Shown one piece after another: positions 37,925 to 46,334 of a stretch of 63,219 nt of DNA (positions within the stretch are counted from its first letter, which is position 1; every line of letters starts with the position of its first letter). The translations under genes and the position numbers were made by a program. The notes under the pieces are model-generated. The model saw nothing but the letters and a program-made list of their open reading frames with translations. It did not search any database and had not been told where the DNA came from. Origin of the DNA: an uncultured Rhodospirillales bacterium (lineage in GTDB: Bacteria > Pseudomonadota > Alphaproteobacteria > CACIAM-22H2); assembly GCA_903860935.1 (NCBI GenBank), contig CAIOSQ010000269.1:1-63219 (forward strand). Reading direction: 5' to 3'.

Positions 37925-39220
37925 ATGCTTCTGCTCACACTCATCTGCCTTCTCGTCCTCTTCATCTTCCTCGGCATGGAGATCGCCTGGGCCATCGCCG
38001 TGGCCTGCCTCGCCTACATGGTCCTTTCGGACCTCACGGGGCAGGACATCCCCTACGCGCTGCTGCCGCAGCAGATGCTCGACGGCGTCGACACGTTCTC
38101 CCTGATCGCGATCCCGCTCTTCATCTTCGCAGGGGAATTGATGGCGGCCACGGGCGTCACCGAGCGGCTCGTCCGCTTCGCCCTCGCCTTCATGGGCCAC
38201 ATACGCGGCGGCCTTGCGAATGTCGCCGTGACGACGAATTTCATCCTCTCCGGTGTATCCGGATCGGCGATTGCAGATGCGGCCGCCACGGGCACGGTCA
38301 CGATCCCCGAGATGAAGAAGCGCGGCTATCCCACCGACTACGCCTGCGCGGTGGTCGCCGCCTCGTCGACCGTCGGGCCGATCATCCCGCCGTCGATCTC
38401 GTTCGTCCTGATCGCGTCGATCGCCAACATCTCGGTCGGGCAGCTGTTCCTCGCCGGCGTCCTGCCGGGGTTCTTGATGACGGCGTCGATGCTCCTGCTC
38501 ACCTACGTCATCGCGCGGATCAAGGGCTTCCCTGTCGAGCCGCGGGCCGGATGGGCGGAGCGCCTCGACGCCGTGGCGCGTGCCGCGCTGCCGCTGATGG
38601 CGCCGCTGCTGATCATGCGCAGCATCACGTCCGGCATAGCGACACCGACCGAGGCGGCGGCCGTACTCGTCCTCTATGTCCTCGGGCTTGGCCTGTTCGT
38701 CTACCGGACGATGTCGCTGCGCATCGTGATCGACGCCGCCGCGAACGCCATGCTCGTGTCGTCGATCATCCTGCTGACGGTCGGCGCCGCGCAGATGTTC
38801 TCGTGGCTCGCCGTCTACGAGCAATTCGGCGAGTTGCTCACCCAGACGATGCTCGCCATCTCGCGCGACGTGAACGTCCTGCTCCTCATCTTCAACGTGC
38901 TCCTGCTGCTGCTCGGCACGTTCATGGAGCCGCTGCCGGTGATGCTCGTTCTGGTGCCGATCGCCTTTCCGATGTTCGCAAGCCTCGGCGTGAACGAGAT
39001 CCATCTCGCTGTCGTGATGGTCATCAATCTCATCCTGGGACTTCTGACGCCGCCGGTTGGCCTGATCCTGAACGTCGTCGCGGTGATCGGACGGACGGAC
39101 GTGTCCAGCGTCTTTCGGGAAAGCATTCCCTATCTCGCCGTTCTGACCGTCGTCCTGATGATCGTGACCTACGTTCCGGCGGTCTCTCTCTGGTTGCCGC
39201 GCCTGCTCATGCCCACCTGA
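37925..39220 (+). CDS. TRAP transporter large permease (DctM-like)
   Basis: 431-aa polytopic protein. PLFIFAGELM ... SGSAIADAAATG ... LLTPPVGL motifs. Confidence 0.9.
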   Translation: MLLLTLICLLVLFIFLGMEIAWAIAVACLAYMVLSDLTGQDIPYALLPQQMLDGVDTFSLIAIPLFIFAGELMAATGVTERLVRFALAFMGHIRGGLANVAVTTNFILSGVSGSAIADAAATGTVTIPEMKKRGYPTDYACAVVAASSTVGPIIPPSISFVLIASIANISVGQLFLAGVLPGFLMTASMLLLTYVIARIKGFPVEPRAGWAERLDAVARAALPLMAPLLIMRSITSGIATPTEAAAVLVLYVLGLGLFVYRTMSLRIVIDAAANAMLVSSIILLTVGAAQMFSWLAVYEQFGELLTQTMLAISRDVNVLLLIFNVLLLLLGTFMEPLPVMLVLVPIAFPMFASLGVNEIHLAVVMVINLILGLLTPPVGLILNVVAVIGRTDVSSVFRESIPYLAVLTVVLMIVTYVPAVSLWLPRLLMPT

Positions 39221-39285
39221 GCGCTGGACACACCGCCGATTTCACGCCGAAAACACCAACCGGACACCCAAGGAGGACATCCGAC

Positions 39286-40269
39286 ATGAACGCCAAGACG
39301 ACTCGCCGCCGCTTCGCCGGCATGATGGCCGGAGCGATCGCCGCACCGGCCATCATCGGCCACGCCAACGCCCAGGCGCTGACCATCCGCTTCGCCAATT
39401 CCAGCGGCGAAGCAGCTCTCTCGAACCAGTTCGCCGCGCGTTTCCTGAGGATGCTCGAGGAACGTACACAGGGGCAGATCAAGGGTCAGCTGATCCTGAA
39501 CGCCGGCAGCGAGCAGTCGATCCTCGAGAGCATCTCGGTCGGGACGATGGACATCGCGAACACCGGCTACAGCGGCATGCGCGAGCTCGACGTGTTCTAT
39601 GTCCCGTTCCTGCTGCGTGACCTCGATCACACGCTGCGCGTGTCGAAGTCGCCGCTGATGGAGAAGGCCCGCACCGCCGCCCAGCAGCGCTACAAGTGCC
39701 GCCTCGTCGGCCTCGGCAGCTCGGGCTCGTTCAACGTCGGAACCAAGGAGAAGATCGGCTCCTGGAAGGACCTGGCGGGGCTCAAGATCCGCGTTCCTCC
39801 GTTCGAGGCCTATACCGAGGCCGCCAAGGCGCTCTCCATCGCGGCGACGCCCGTGCCCTTCAACGAGGTCTATCTCGCCCTCCAGCAGAACCTTGTGGCC
39901 GGCATGATCACCCTGGTCAACGTCATGCTCGCGAGCAAGTTCAACGAGGTCTGCAAGCACGTCGTGACCAACGATTTCGGCGTCGGCACGGAGAAGTTCT
40001 GGTGCTCCGAGCGTGCCTGGAACCGCATGACGCCGCAGCAACGCGACATCTTCGTCGGTTTGTTCAATGAAATCGTCGGCGAGCATTATTTCGGCGCCGC
40101 GAAGCGTCAGGCCAGCGAGGACTTCAAGATCTGGGAACAGCGCAATGGCGCTGGGACGGCCCTGACGCTGGACAGCGCCGAGCTGTCCCGGGTCATGCAG
40201 CCGGTCGGCGAGCGCCTTGCGAACGAGGTGTTCGGCCCCGGTTCCTATCAGGCGATCCAGGCGACCTGA
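39286..40269 (+). CDS. TRAP transporter solute-binding protein (DctP-like) with a Tat-like signal
   Basis: ATG at 39286 after AGGAGG. MNAKTTRRRFAGMMAGAIAAPAIIGHANAQ signal. 327 aa. The upstream part of the 572-aa ORF is spurious. Confidence 0.8.
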   Translation: MNAKTTRRRFAGMMAGAIAAPAIIGHANAQALTIRFANSSGEAALSNQFAARFLRMLEERTQGQIKGQLILNAGSEQSILESISVGTMDIANTGYSGMRELDVFYVPFLLRDLDHTLRVSKSPLMEKARTAAQQRYKCRLVGLGSSGSFNVGTKEKIGSWKDLAGLKIRVPPFEAYTEAAKALSIAATPVPFNEVYLALQQNLVAGMITLVNVMLASKFNEVCKHVVTNDFGVGTEKFWCSERAWNRMTPQQRDIFVGLFNEIVGEHYFGAAKRQASEDFKIWEQRNGAGTALTLDSAELSRVMQPVGERLANEVFGPGSYQAIQAT

Positions 40270-40284
40270 TCGCCGTATCCGTCG

Positions 40285-40313
40285 CCGTCCCGCTCCGCTT
40301 GGGAGCGGGACGG
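40285..40313 (+). terminator. perfect 12-bp GC-rich hairpin between the TRAP SBP stop and the TetR start (no U-tract)
   Basis: CCGTCCCGCTCC-GCTTG-GGAGCGGGACGG, 15 nt after the stop at 40269 and 23 nt before the GTG at 40337. Confidence 0.35.
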
Positions 40314-40336
40314 TCCACGGAACGGGGAGAACCTGC

Positions 40337-41035
40337 GTGCCCAGACCACGGAAGAAGACAAAATCCGTCGATGCGCGGAACGCCACGCAGGCACCTGCCG
40401 CCGCGAGGCGCCGCAAGCCGACCGTGTCGCGCGCCGAGAAATCCGAGGCGATCCGCCGGGCTCTTCTCGAGGCTGCCGGCACCGTGGTCGGTCGCCACGG
40501 CTATGCCGGCGCATCGATCGCGCGGATCACGATGGCGGCGAATGTCGCCCAGGGCACGTTCTACAACTACTTCGACTCCCGCGACGCGCTCTTCGCCCAG
40601 CTGCTGCCGGAGATCGGCCAGTTCATGATCGACGAGATCGGCGCGAAGGTCCGCCAGCACACGCGTCTCGCAGATCGCGAAGAGGCGCGCATCCGCGGCT
40701 ATCTGCAGTTCCTGCGCACCCATCCCGGCTTCTACCGCGTGCTGCGCGAAGCGGAGACCTTCGCACCCGAAGCGCATCGCGCGCACATGGCCAACATGGT
40801 CGCAGGATATGGCCGCGCGCTGCGGGCAGAACGCGAGCGTGCCGGCGCGCCGCCGCTGCCCGACCAGCAGATCGAGAAGATCGTCTACATGCTGCTCGGT
40901 GCGCGCGACTATCTCGCGATGCAGTATCAGGAGGGCGGGAACGATCCCGCCACTGTCGACGACGAGACCGTGGCGACATATATGCGCGCGCTACGTGGCG
41001 GCCTGTTCGACGACATACCTGACGACGTGGCGTGA
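40337..41035 (+). CDS. TetR/AcrR family transcriptional regulator
   Basis: GTG at 40337 after GGGGAGA. Basic N-terminal tail, then the HTH ASIARITMAANVAQGTFYNYFDSRDALF. Confidence 0.85.
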   Translation: MPRPRKKTKSVDARNATQAPAAARRRKPTVSRAEKSEAIRRALLEAAGTVVGRHGYAGASIARITMAANVAQGTFYNYFDSRDALFAQLLPEIGQFMIDEIGAKVRQHTRLADREEARIRGYLQFLRTHPGFYRVLREAETFAPEAHRAHMANMVAGYGRALRAERERAGAPPLPDQQIEKIVYMLLGARDYLAMQYQEGGNDPATVDDETVATYMRALRGGLFDDIPDDVA

Positions 41036-41046
41036 CCGCGCATCGG

Positions 41047-42096
41047 TCAGCCGCGTCCCACCGCATCCCCCCATCGCACCAGTCGCTCCCAGAGCGGCCC
41101 GGTTCCTGCCGTCGCCCGGGCTAGAACGCCAGACCAGTCGCGCGCGCCACCGAATTCGCGTCGCCAGGACATCAATCGGGTCGTCAGCAGATGGAGATCG
41201 TGCTCGCGCGTGAAACCCATCGCACCGAGGACCTGATGCCCGACGGAGATCGCCGTGCCGGCGGCATCGCCGCACCGGATCTTCGCGACGGCTGCCCAGA
41301 CGCGTGCGGCATCGCCGTCCAGCGCCGCGAAGGCGCAGCGTGCCGCCATGTCGGCGGCCAGCGTCTCCTCGGCGAGGATCGCCAGCTGCTGCTGGATGGC
41401 CTGGAACGCCGCGATCGGCTTGCCGAATTGCTGCCGCACCCGCGCATGCGCGACGGCGATGTCGAGCGTGCCGCGAACGGCGCCGGCGATCTTCGCCGCG
41501 CGCAAGGCGGCGCCCACGACGCGTGGCCCAGGCCCGTTCGGCAGTGCGGCTATCGTCGCCGGGACGCCGCGAAAGACAAGACGATCGCGCGGCTCGCCCG
41601 CGAGATTTTCAGCAGGACCGAGTTCCGCCGCGCCGGTCCGGAGGAAGAGGATGCGCGCGCCCTCGTCCACGCCATCCAGCCCCACGACGACCGCCGCCGC
41701 GTGCCGGCCCCAGGGCACGGCGTGCAGGGTACCCGAGACGCATCCCTGCCCGTCGATTGCGAGCGTCCCGGGATCCGGGGCAAGCGTGATTACCCCGTCG
41801 GGTGCCGGCAAACCCGCGCGATGAAGGAGCCAGCGCGCGAACATATCCTCCCCGAGCGGGACCGGTCCCGCATGACGGCCGATGGCACGGAACGTCGGCA
41901 GCATCGCCGGAGGCGCGCATCCCGCCCCGCCATCTGCCTCTGGAAGCAGGGCGTGCGAGATGCCGAGGGCGGAGATCTCCGCCCATAGACGGTCCGGCAG
42001 ACGGCCCGCCGCGAGCTCGGCCTGCGCCGGACGGCCGCCGAACGCCGCGAGCGTGCGATCGACCGACTCTTCCAACAACATCGCGATATCGCTCAT
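41047..42096 (-). CDS. acyl-CoA dehydrogenase-like protein, short (349 aa) partner subunit
   Basis: The ATG at 42096 overlaps the upstream stop (ATGA). ARVRQQFGKPIAAFQAIQQQLA ... GAMGFTREHDLHLLTTRL are ACAD C-terminal-domain motifs. The N-terminal domain is divergent. Confidence 0.7.
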   Translation of the reverse strand: MSDIAMLLEESVDRTLAAFGGRPAQAELAAGRLPDRLWAEISALGISHALLPEADGGAGCAPPAMLPTFRAIGRHAGPVPLGEDMFARWLLHRAGLPAPDGVITLAPDPGTLAIDGQGCVSGTLHAVPWGRHAAAVVVGLDGVDEGARILFLRTGAAELGPAENLAGEPRDRLVFRGVPATIAALPNGPGPRVVGAALRAAKIAGAVRGTLDIAVAHARVRQQFGKPIAAFQAIQQQLAILAEETLAADMAARCAFAALDGDAARVWAAVAKIRCGDAAGTAISVGHQVLGAMGFTREHDLHLLTTRLMSWRREFGGARDWSGVLARATAGTGPLWERLVRWGDAVGRG

Positions 42097-43247
42097 CGCA
42101 ACCCCAGATCGCGCGCGATGATGCTCCGCATGATCTCGCGGGTGCCGCCGCGAATCGAAAAGGATGGCGCGAGCAACGTCACCATCTCGAGCATGCGTGC
42201 GAGCGGTTCGACGGCGATCGCGTCTGGCGTCGCCTCGAGCGCCTCCTCGACGATCCTCGGGACCTCCTGCTCGAAATTCATCCCCATGTCCTTGATGAGC
42301 GCGGCCTCCGTCGCCGGATCGTGCCCTTGTTCGAGCAGCCCTGCCACCGAGAGGGACATCTGGCGCAGCGTCATCAAGTGGGCAAGCAGGCGGCCCAGCG
42401 CGTCGCCGGCCTTGTCGAGTTGACCGCGCTCCGACAGCGTCGTGATCGCTTCCGCCAGCAGGGGATAGGCGCTGAGGAAACGTTCGGGACCGCTGCGCTC
42501 GAGAGCGAGTTCGCTCGTCACCTGCGCCCATCCCTGGCCCGCGACGCCGACGAGCGCGTCGTCCGGAATGAGCGCGTCTTCGAAGACGACCTCGTTGAAA
42601 TGCGGTTCCCCAGTCAGGTCGAGGATCGGCCGGCAGGTGATCCCGGGGGTGCGCAGATCGACGACGAATTGCGAGAGCCCCTCATGCCGCGTCGCGCCGC
42701 GCGGCTCGGTGCGCACCAGCGTGATCATGAAATCGCTGCGCTGGGCGTTGCTGGTCCAGAGCTTGGCGCCGTCGATCCGCCACCCGCCATCCACCTTGCG
42801 ACCACGGGTCCGGATCGCAGCGAGATCGGAGCCGGCATCGGGCTCGCTCATGCCGATGCAGAAGAAGATCTCCGCGCGCGCGAGGCGCGGCAGGAAACGC
42901 ATGCGCTGTGCCTCGGAACCGAAGCGCAGCAGCATCGGACCGCTTTGCCGGTCCCCGGTCCAATGCGCCGCGACGGGAGCCCCGGCGGCCAGAAACTCCT
43001 CGAGGACGACGTAGCGCGCCAGCGCGCTGCGTTCGCCGCCGCCATACCGCTTCGGCCAGGTCATCCCGATCCAGCCTTGCGCGGCCACCTTCCGACTGAA
43101 GGAGGGATCGAAACAGAGCCAGGACTTTGCGCGCAGCGCAGGCGGATGTGCGGCCAACTCCCGCGCGCAGAACGCGCGGACATCGGCACGCAGCGCGGCA
43201 AGATCGGCGGGAAGCGCCTGGGGCGGAAGATCGATGCGCCAGCCCAT
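42093..43247 (-). CDS. acyl-CoA dehydrogenase family protein (384 aa)
   Basis: ATG at 43247. FFCIGMSEPDAGSDLAAIRT ... GAKLWTSNA ... IRGGTREIMRSIIARDLG. The canonical YEG Glu position is Gly. Confidence 0.85.
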   Translation of the reverse strand: MGWRIDLPPQALPADLAALRADVRAFCARELAAHPPALRAKSWLCFDPSFSRKVAAQGWIGMTWPKRYGGGERSALARYVVLEEFLAAGAPVAAHWTGDRQSGPMLLRFGSEAQRMRFLPRLARAEIFFCIGMSEPDAGSDLAAIRTRGRKVDGGWRIDGAKLWTSNAQRSDFMITLVRTEPRGATRHEGLSQFVVDLRTPGITCRPILDLTGEPHFNEVVFEDALIPDDALVGVAGQGWAQVTSELALERSGPERFLSAYPLLAEAITTLSERGQLDKAGDALGRLLAHLMTLRQMSLSVAGLLEQGHDPATEAALIKDMGMNFEQEVPRIVEEALEATPDAIAVEPLARMLEMVTLLAPSFSIRGGTREIMRSIIARDLGLR

Positions 43248-43251
43248 GGGA

Positions 43252-44490
43252 TCACACGACCCCGGCGGCGCGCAGAGCGGCGATACGTTCGGATGAAAGT
43301 CCGAGCACTTCGCCGAGCACCTCGTCGCTATGCTCGCCGACACGCGGCGGCGCGCCACGGTAGACGGGCGGGCAATCCGACATCTTGACCGGCGATCCGA
43401 CGACACGCACGGTGCGCCCGTCGGATCGCGGAAGCGAAACCGTCATCCCCCGCGCCGTCGCCTGATCGCTGTCGAGCGCCTCGCCTACGGACTGGATCGG
43501 ACCACAGGGCACGTCGGCCACGGCGCAGCGCTCGATCCAATAGGCGCGCGGATGTGCCGACAGGATCTCGTTCAAGGTCGCGACCAGGATTTCACGATTG
43601 GCGAGCCGGGTCTCTGTCGTGTCGAAACGCGGATCGCGGCTCCATTCCGGATGACCGACCACGGACGCGAGACGTCCGAATTCCCGGTCGGTGAAGGTCG
43701 CGATCATGATGTAGCCATCGGCGGCGCAGAACACGCCGTAGGGAACGGCGCTGGGATGGTCGTTGCCGGAGCGCGGCCATGCGACGCCATTGTTGAGCCA
43801 GGCCGCCGCCGGATTGAGAAGGCCGGCCAACTGGCTGTCGAACAGAGAGACGTCGATATGCTGTCCGCGCCCCGTTCGCTGACGCTGAAGCAGCGCGCCG
43901 AGGATGCCCGCGACGGCGTTCTGCCCCGCGAGCACGTCGCAGACCGGAACTCCAACACGCACCGGGCCCGCGCCCGGCATTCCATCGGGATGGCCAGTGA
44001 TCGACATCAGGCCCGACATCGCCTGGATGAGATAATCGTAGCCGGGCCGCGTCGCGAGCGGCCCGGTCTGACCGAACCCCGTGATCGAGCAATAGATCAG
44101 TCGCGGGTTGACGGCTGCCAGCGCCGCGTAGTCGAGCCCGTATCTGGCGAGGTTTCCGGTCTTGTAGTTCTCGATCAGGACATCGGCCTCGCCGACGAGC
44201 GCGAGGACGAGGTCACGCCCTTCCGGACGGGTGAAGTCCACCGTCAGCGATCGCTTGCCGCGGTTGACGGCCTGGAAATAGGTGGATTGCCGATCCTCGC
44301 GTCGCGTGTCACCGAACCAGGGCGGACCGACGAGGCGAATGTCATCGCCCTCCGCGACGCGCTCCATCTTGATCACGTCGGCGCCCATGTCCGCGAGCAT
44401 CTGAGCCGCGAAGGGGCCCGCGACGATCCGGCTCATGTCGAGGACCCGAACGCCGGCGAGACACCCGGCATCGTCCAGCGGTTGCGCCAT
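43252..44490 (-). CDS. family III CoA-transferase (CaiB/BaiF/Frc-like)
   Basis: ATG at 44490 after GGAGGAG. LAGVRVLDMSRIVAGPFAAQMLADMGADVIKME ... NRGKRSL ... the family signature. Confidence 0.9.
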   Translation of the reverse strand: MAQPLDDAGCLAGVRVLDMSRIVAGPFAAQMLADMGADVIKMERVAEGDDIRLVGPPWFGDTRREDRQSTYFQAVNRGKRSLTVDFTRPEGRDLVLALVGEADVLIENYKTGNLARYGLDYAALAAVNPRLIYCSITGFGQTGPLATRPGYDYLIQAMSGLMSITGHPDGMPGAGPVRVGVPVCDVLAGQNAVAGILGALLQRQRTGRGQHIDVSLFDSQLAGLLNPAAAWLNNGVAWPRSGNDHPSAVPYGVFCAADGYIMIATFTDREFGRLASVVGHPEWSRDPRFDTTETRLANREILVATLNEILSAHPRAYWIERCAVADVPCGPIQSVGEALDSDQATARGMTVSLPRSDGRTVRVVGSPVKMSDCPPVYRGAPPRVGEHSDEVLGEVLGLSSERIAALRAAGVV

Positions 44491-44529
44491 CTGCCACTCC
44501 TCCGAAGGGTGGTTTCCTTCCGGTTCAGC

Positions 44530-44559
44530 AGTATCGAACCCGCCGCCGCGCGACGTCAA
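44530..44559 (-). promoter_or_regulatory. candidate sigma70-type promoter of the CoA-transferase/ACAD operon
   Basis: The minus strand reads TTGACG (44559-44554) - 18 nt - GATACT (44535-44530), about 40 nt upstream of the ATG at 44490. Confidence 0.3.
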
Positions 44560-44572
44560 TCTTCATGACCGA

Positions 44573-44586
44573 TGAATCGCGGTTCA
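44573..44586. promoter_or_regulatory. third-region copy of the 14-nt tandem-heptad motif
   Basis: TGAATCGCGGTTCA, 11/14 identical to 37312-37325 and a near-palindrome (TGAA-N-CGCG-N-TTCA). A further CGGTTCA heptad lies at 44521-44527. Confidence 0.3.
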
Positions 44587-44614
44587 CGTTCGGACGCAGG
44601 CACCACCGCGCGGC

Positions 44615-46237
44615 TCAACTCCGCAGCCCGGGCGCCTCCTGTCCGGTACGCGCGACGTATTCCGTGTAGCCGCCGGCATAATCGTGCAGCCCGGACGACG
44701 TCACCTCGAGGACGCGGTTCGACAGCGCCGCCAGGAAATGCCGGTCGTGCGAGACGAACAGCATCGCGCCTTCATACTGCGCGAGCGCGGCGACAAGCAT
44801 CTCCTTCGTGGCCATGTCGAGATGGTTGGTCGGTTCGTCGAGGACGAGGAAATTGGGCGGATCGAACAGCATGCGCGCCATCACGAGCCGCGCCTTCTCG
44901 CCGCCTGAAAGGACGCGGCAGCGTTTCTCGACGTCGTCGCCAGAAAACCCGAAACACCCCGCCAGCGCCCGCAGGGATCCTTGCCCCGCGCGCGGGAAGC
45001 TGTCCTCGAGGGATTCGAAGACCGTGCGGTCTCCGTCCAGCAACTCCATCGCGTGCTGCGCGAAATAGCCGAGCTTGACGCTGCCGCCGACGGCGACGTC
45101 GCCGGAATCGGGCTGGATGGCGCCCGCAACCAGCTTCAGAAGCGTCGACTTCCCCGCGCCGTTGACGCCCATCACGCACCAGCGCTCGCGCCGCCGGATG
45201 CGGAAGTCGAAATCCGCGTAGAGAACCCGGTGGCCGTAGCGCTTCGCGACATTGCGCAGCACGACGACATCGTCTCCGGATCGCGGGGCCGGCGGAAAAT
45301 CGAAAGCCACGGTCTGGCGCCGACGCGGCGGCTCCACACGATCGATCTTCTCGAGCTTCTTGACGCGGCTCTGAACCTGCGCCGCATGCGAGGCGCGCGC
45401 CTTGAACCGCTCGATGAAGCGGATTTCCTTCGCCAGCATCGCCTGCTGACGTTCGAACTGCGCCTGCATATGCCGGTCGTTGAGCTCGCGCTGCCGCGCG
45501 TAGAATTCGTAGTCGCCCGAATAGCTGGTGAGTTCGCCGCCGTCGATCTCGATGATCTTGTTGACGACCCGGTTCATGAACGCGCGGTCGTGAGACGTCA
45601 TCAGGAGCGCGCCCTCGAACCCCGCGAGGAAACCTTCCAGCCAGATCAGGCTCTCGATGTCGAGATGGTTGCTCGGCTCGTCGAGCAGCATCGCGTCCGG
45701 GGCCATCAGCAGGATCCGCGCCAGCGCGACGCGCATTTTCCAACCGCCGGACAGCGCGCCGACATTGCCCTCGACAACCTCGGACGCGAAGCCGAGCCCG
45801 GCGAGTACCTCGCGCGCGCGCGCCTCGAGCGCGTAGCCGCCCAATTCCTCGAAGCGGGCCTGTGCCTCGCCATAGCGTTCCACGAGCGTGTCGAGTTCGT
45901 CGGCACGGTCGGGATCGGCGAGCGCGGCCTCGAGTTCCTTGAGATGGGCCGCCGCCTCGCTGACGGCGCCGGCGCCGTCCATCGTTTCGGCGAGCACGCT
46001 GCGCCCCGCCATCTCGCCGACATCCTGGCTGAAATAGCCGATGCGGATACCGCGATCGACGGAGACCTGCCCCTCGTCCGGCACGTCCTCGCCCTTGATC
46101 ATGCGGAACAGCGTGGTCTTTCCGGCGCCGTTGGGGCCGACGAGACCGATCTTCTCACCTTTCTGAAGCGCGGCGGACGCCTCGACGAAGAGGATCTGAT
46201 GGCCGTGGCGCTTGCTGATGCTGTCGAGGCGGATCAT
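44615..46237 (-). CDS. ABC-F family ATPase (two fused ABC domains, no TM domain; YbiT/Uup/EttA-like)
   Basis: Two Walker A motifs (GPNGAGKTT, GVNGAGKST) and two signature motifs (LSGGWKMRVAL, LSGGEKARLVM). 540 aa. Confidence 0.9.
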   Translation of the reverse strand: MIRLDSISKRHGHQILFVEASAALQKGEKIGLVGPNGAGKTTLFRMIKGEDVPDEGQVSVDRGIRIGYFSQDVGEMAGRSVLAETMDGAGAVSEAAAHLKELEAALADPDRADELDTLVERYGEAQARFEELGGYALEARAREVLAGLGFASEVVEGNVGALSGGWKMRVALARILLMAPDAMLLDEPSNHLDIESLIWLEGFLAGFEGALLMTSHDRAFMNRVVNKIIEIDGGELTSYSGDYEFYARQRELNDRHMQAQFERQQAMLAKEIRFIERFKARASHAAQVQSRVKKLEKIDRVEPPRRRQTVAFDFPPAPRSGDDVVVLRNVAKRYGHRVLYADFDFRIRRRERWCVMGVNGAGKSTLLKLVAGAIQPDSGDVAVGGSVKLGYFAQHAMELLDGDRTVFESLEDSFPRAGQGSLRALAGCFGFSGDDVEKRCRVLSGGEKARLVMARMLFDPPNFLVLDEPTNHLDMATKEMLVAALAQYEGAMLFVSHDRHFLAALSNRVLEVTSSGLHDYAGGYTEYVARTGQEAPGLRS

Positions 46238-46334
46238 GCGGACCGGGTCGGTTGGGCAAAGAGGCGCCGCTTATGCCACAGCTCGCCCCCGCGCAGCAGT
46301 CCCGAAGACGACTGCCCCCGGATGCGCCGATGCC

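Noticed and set aside
38551-39285. Upstream part of the 572-aa ORF containing the TRAP SBP
   Set aside because: It overlaps the DctM-like gene out of frame and has junk composition. The signal peptide and SD mark the true start at 39286.
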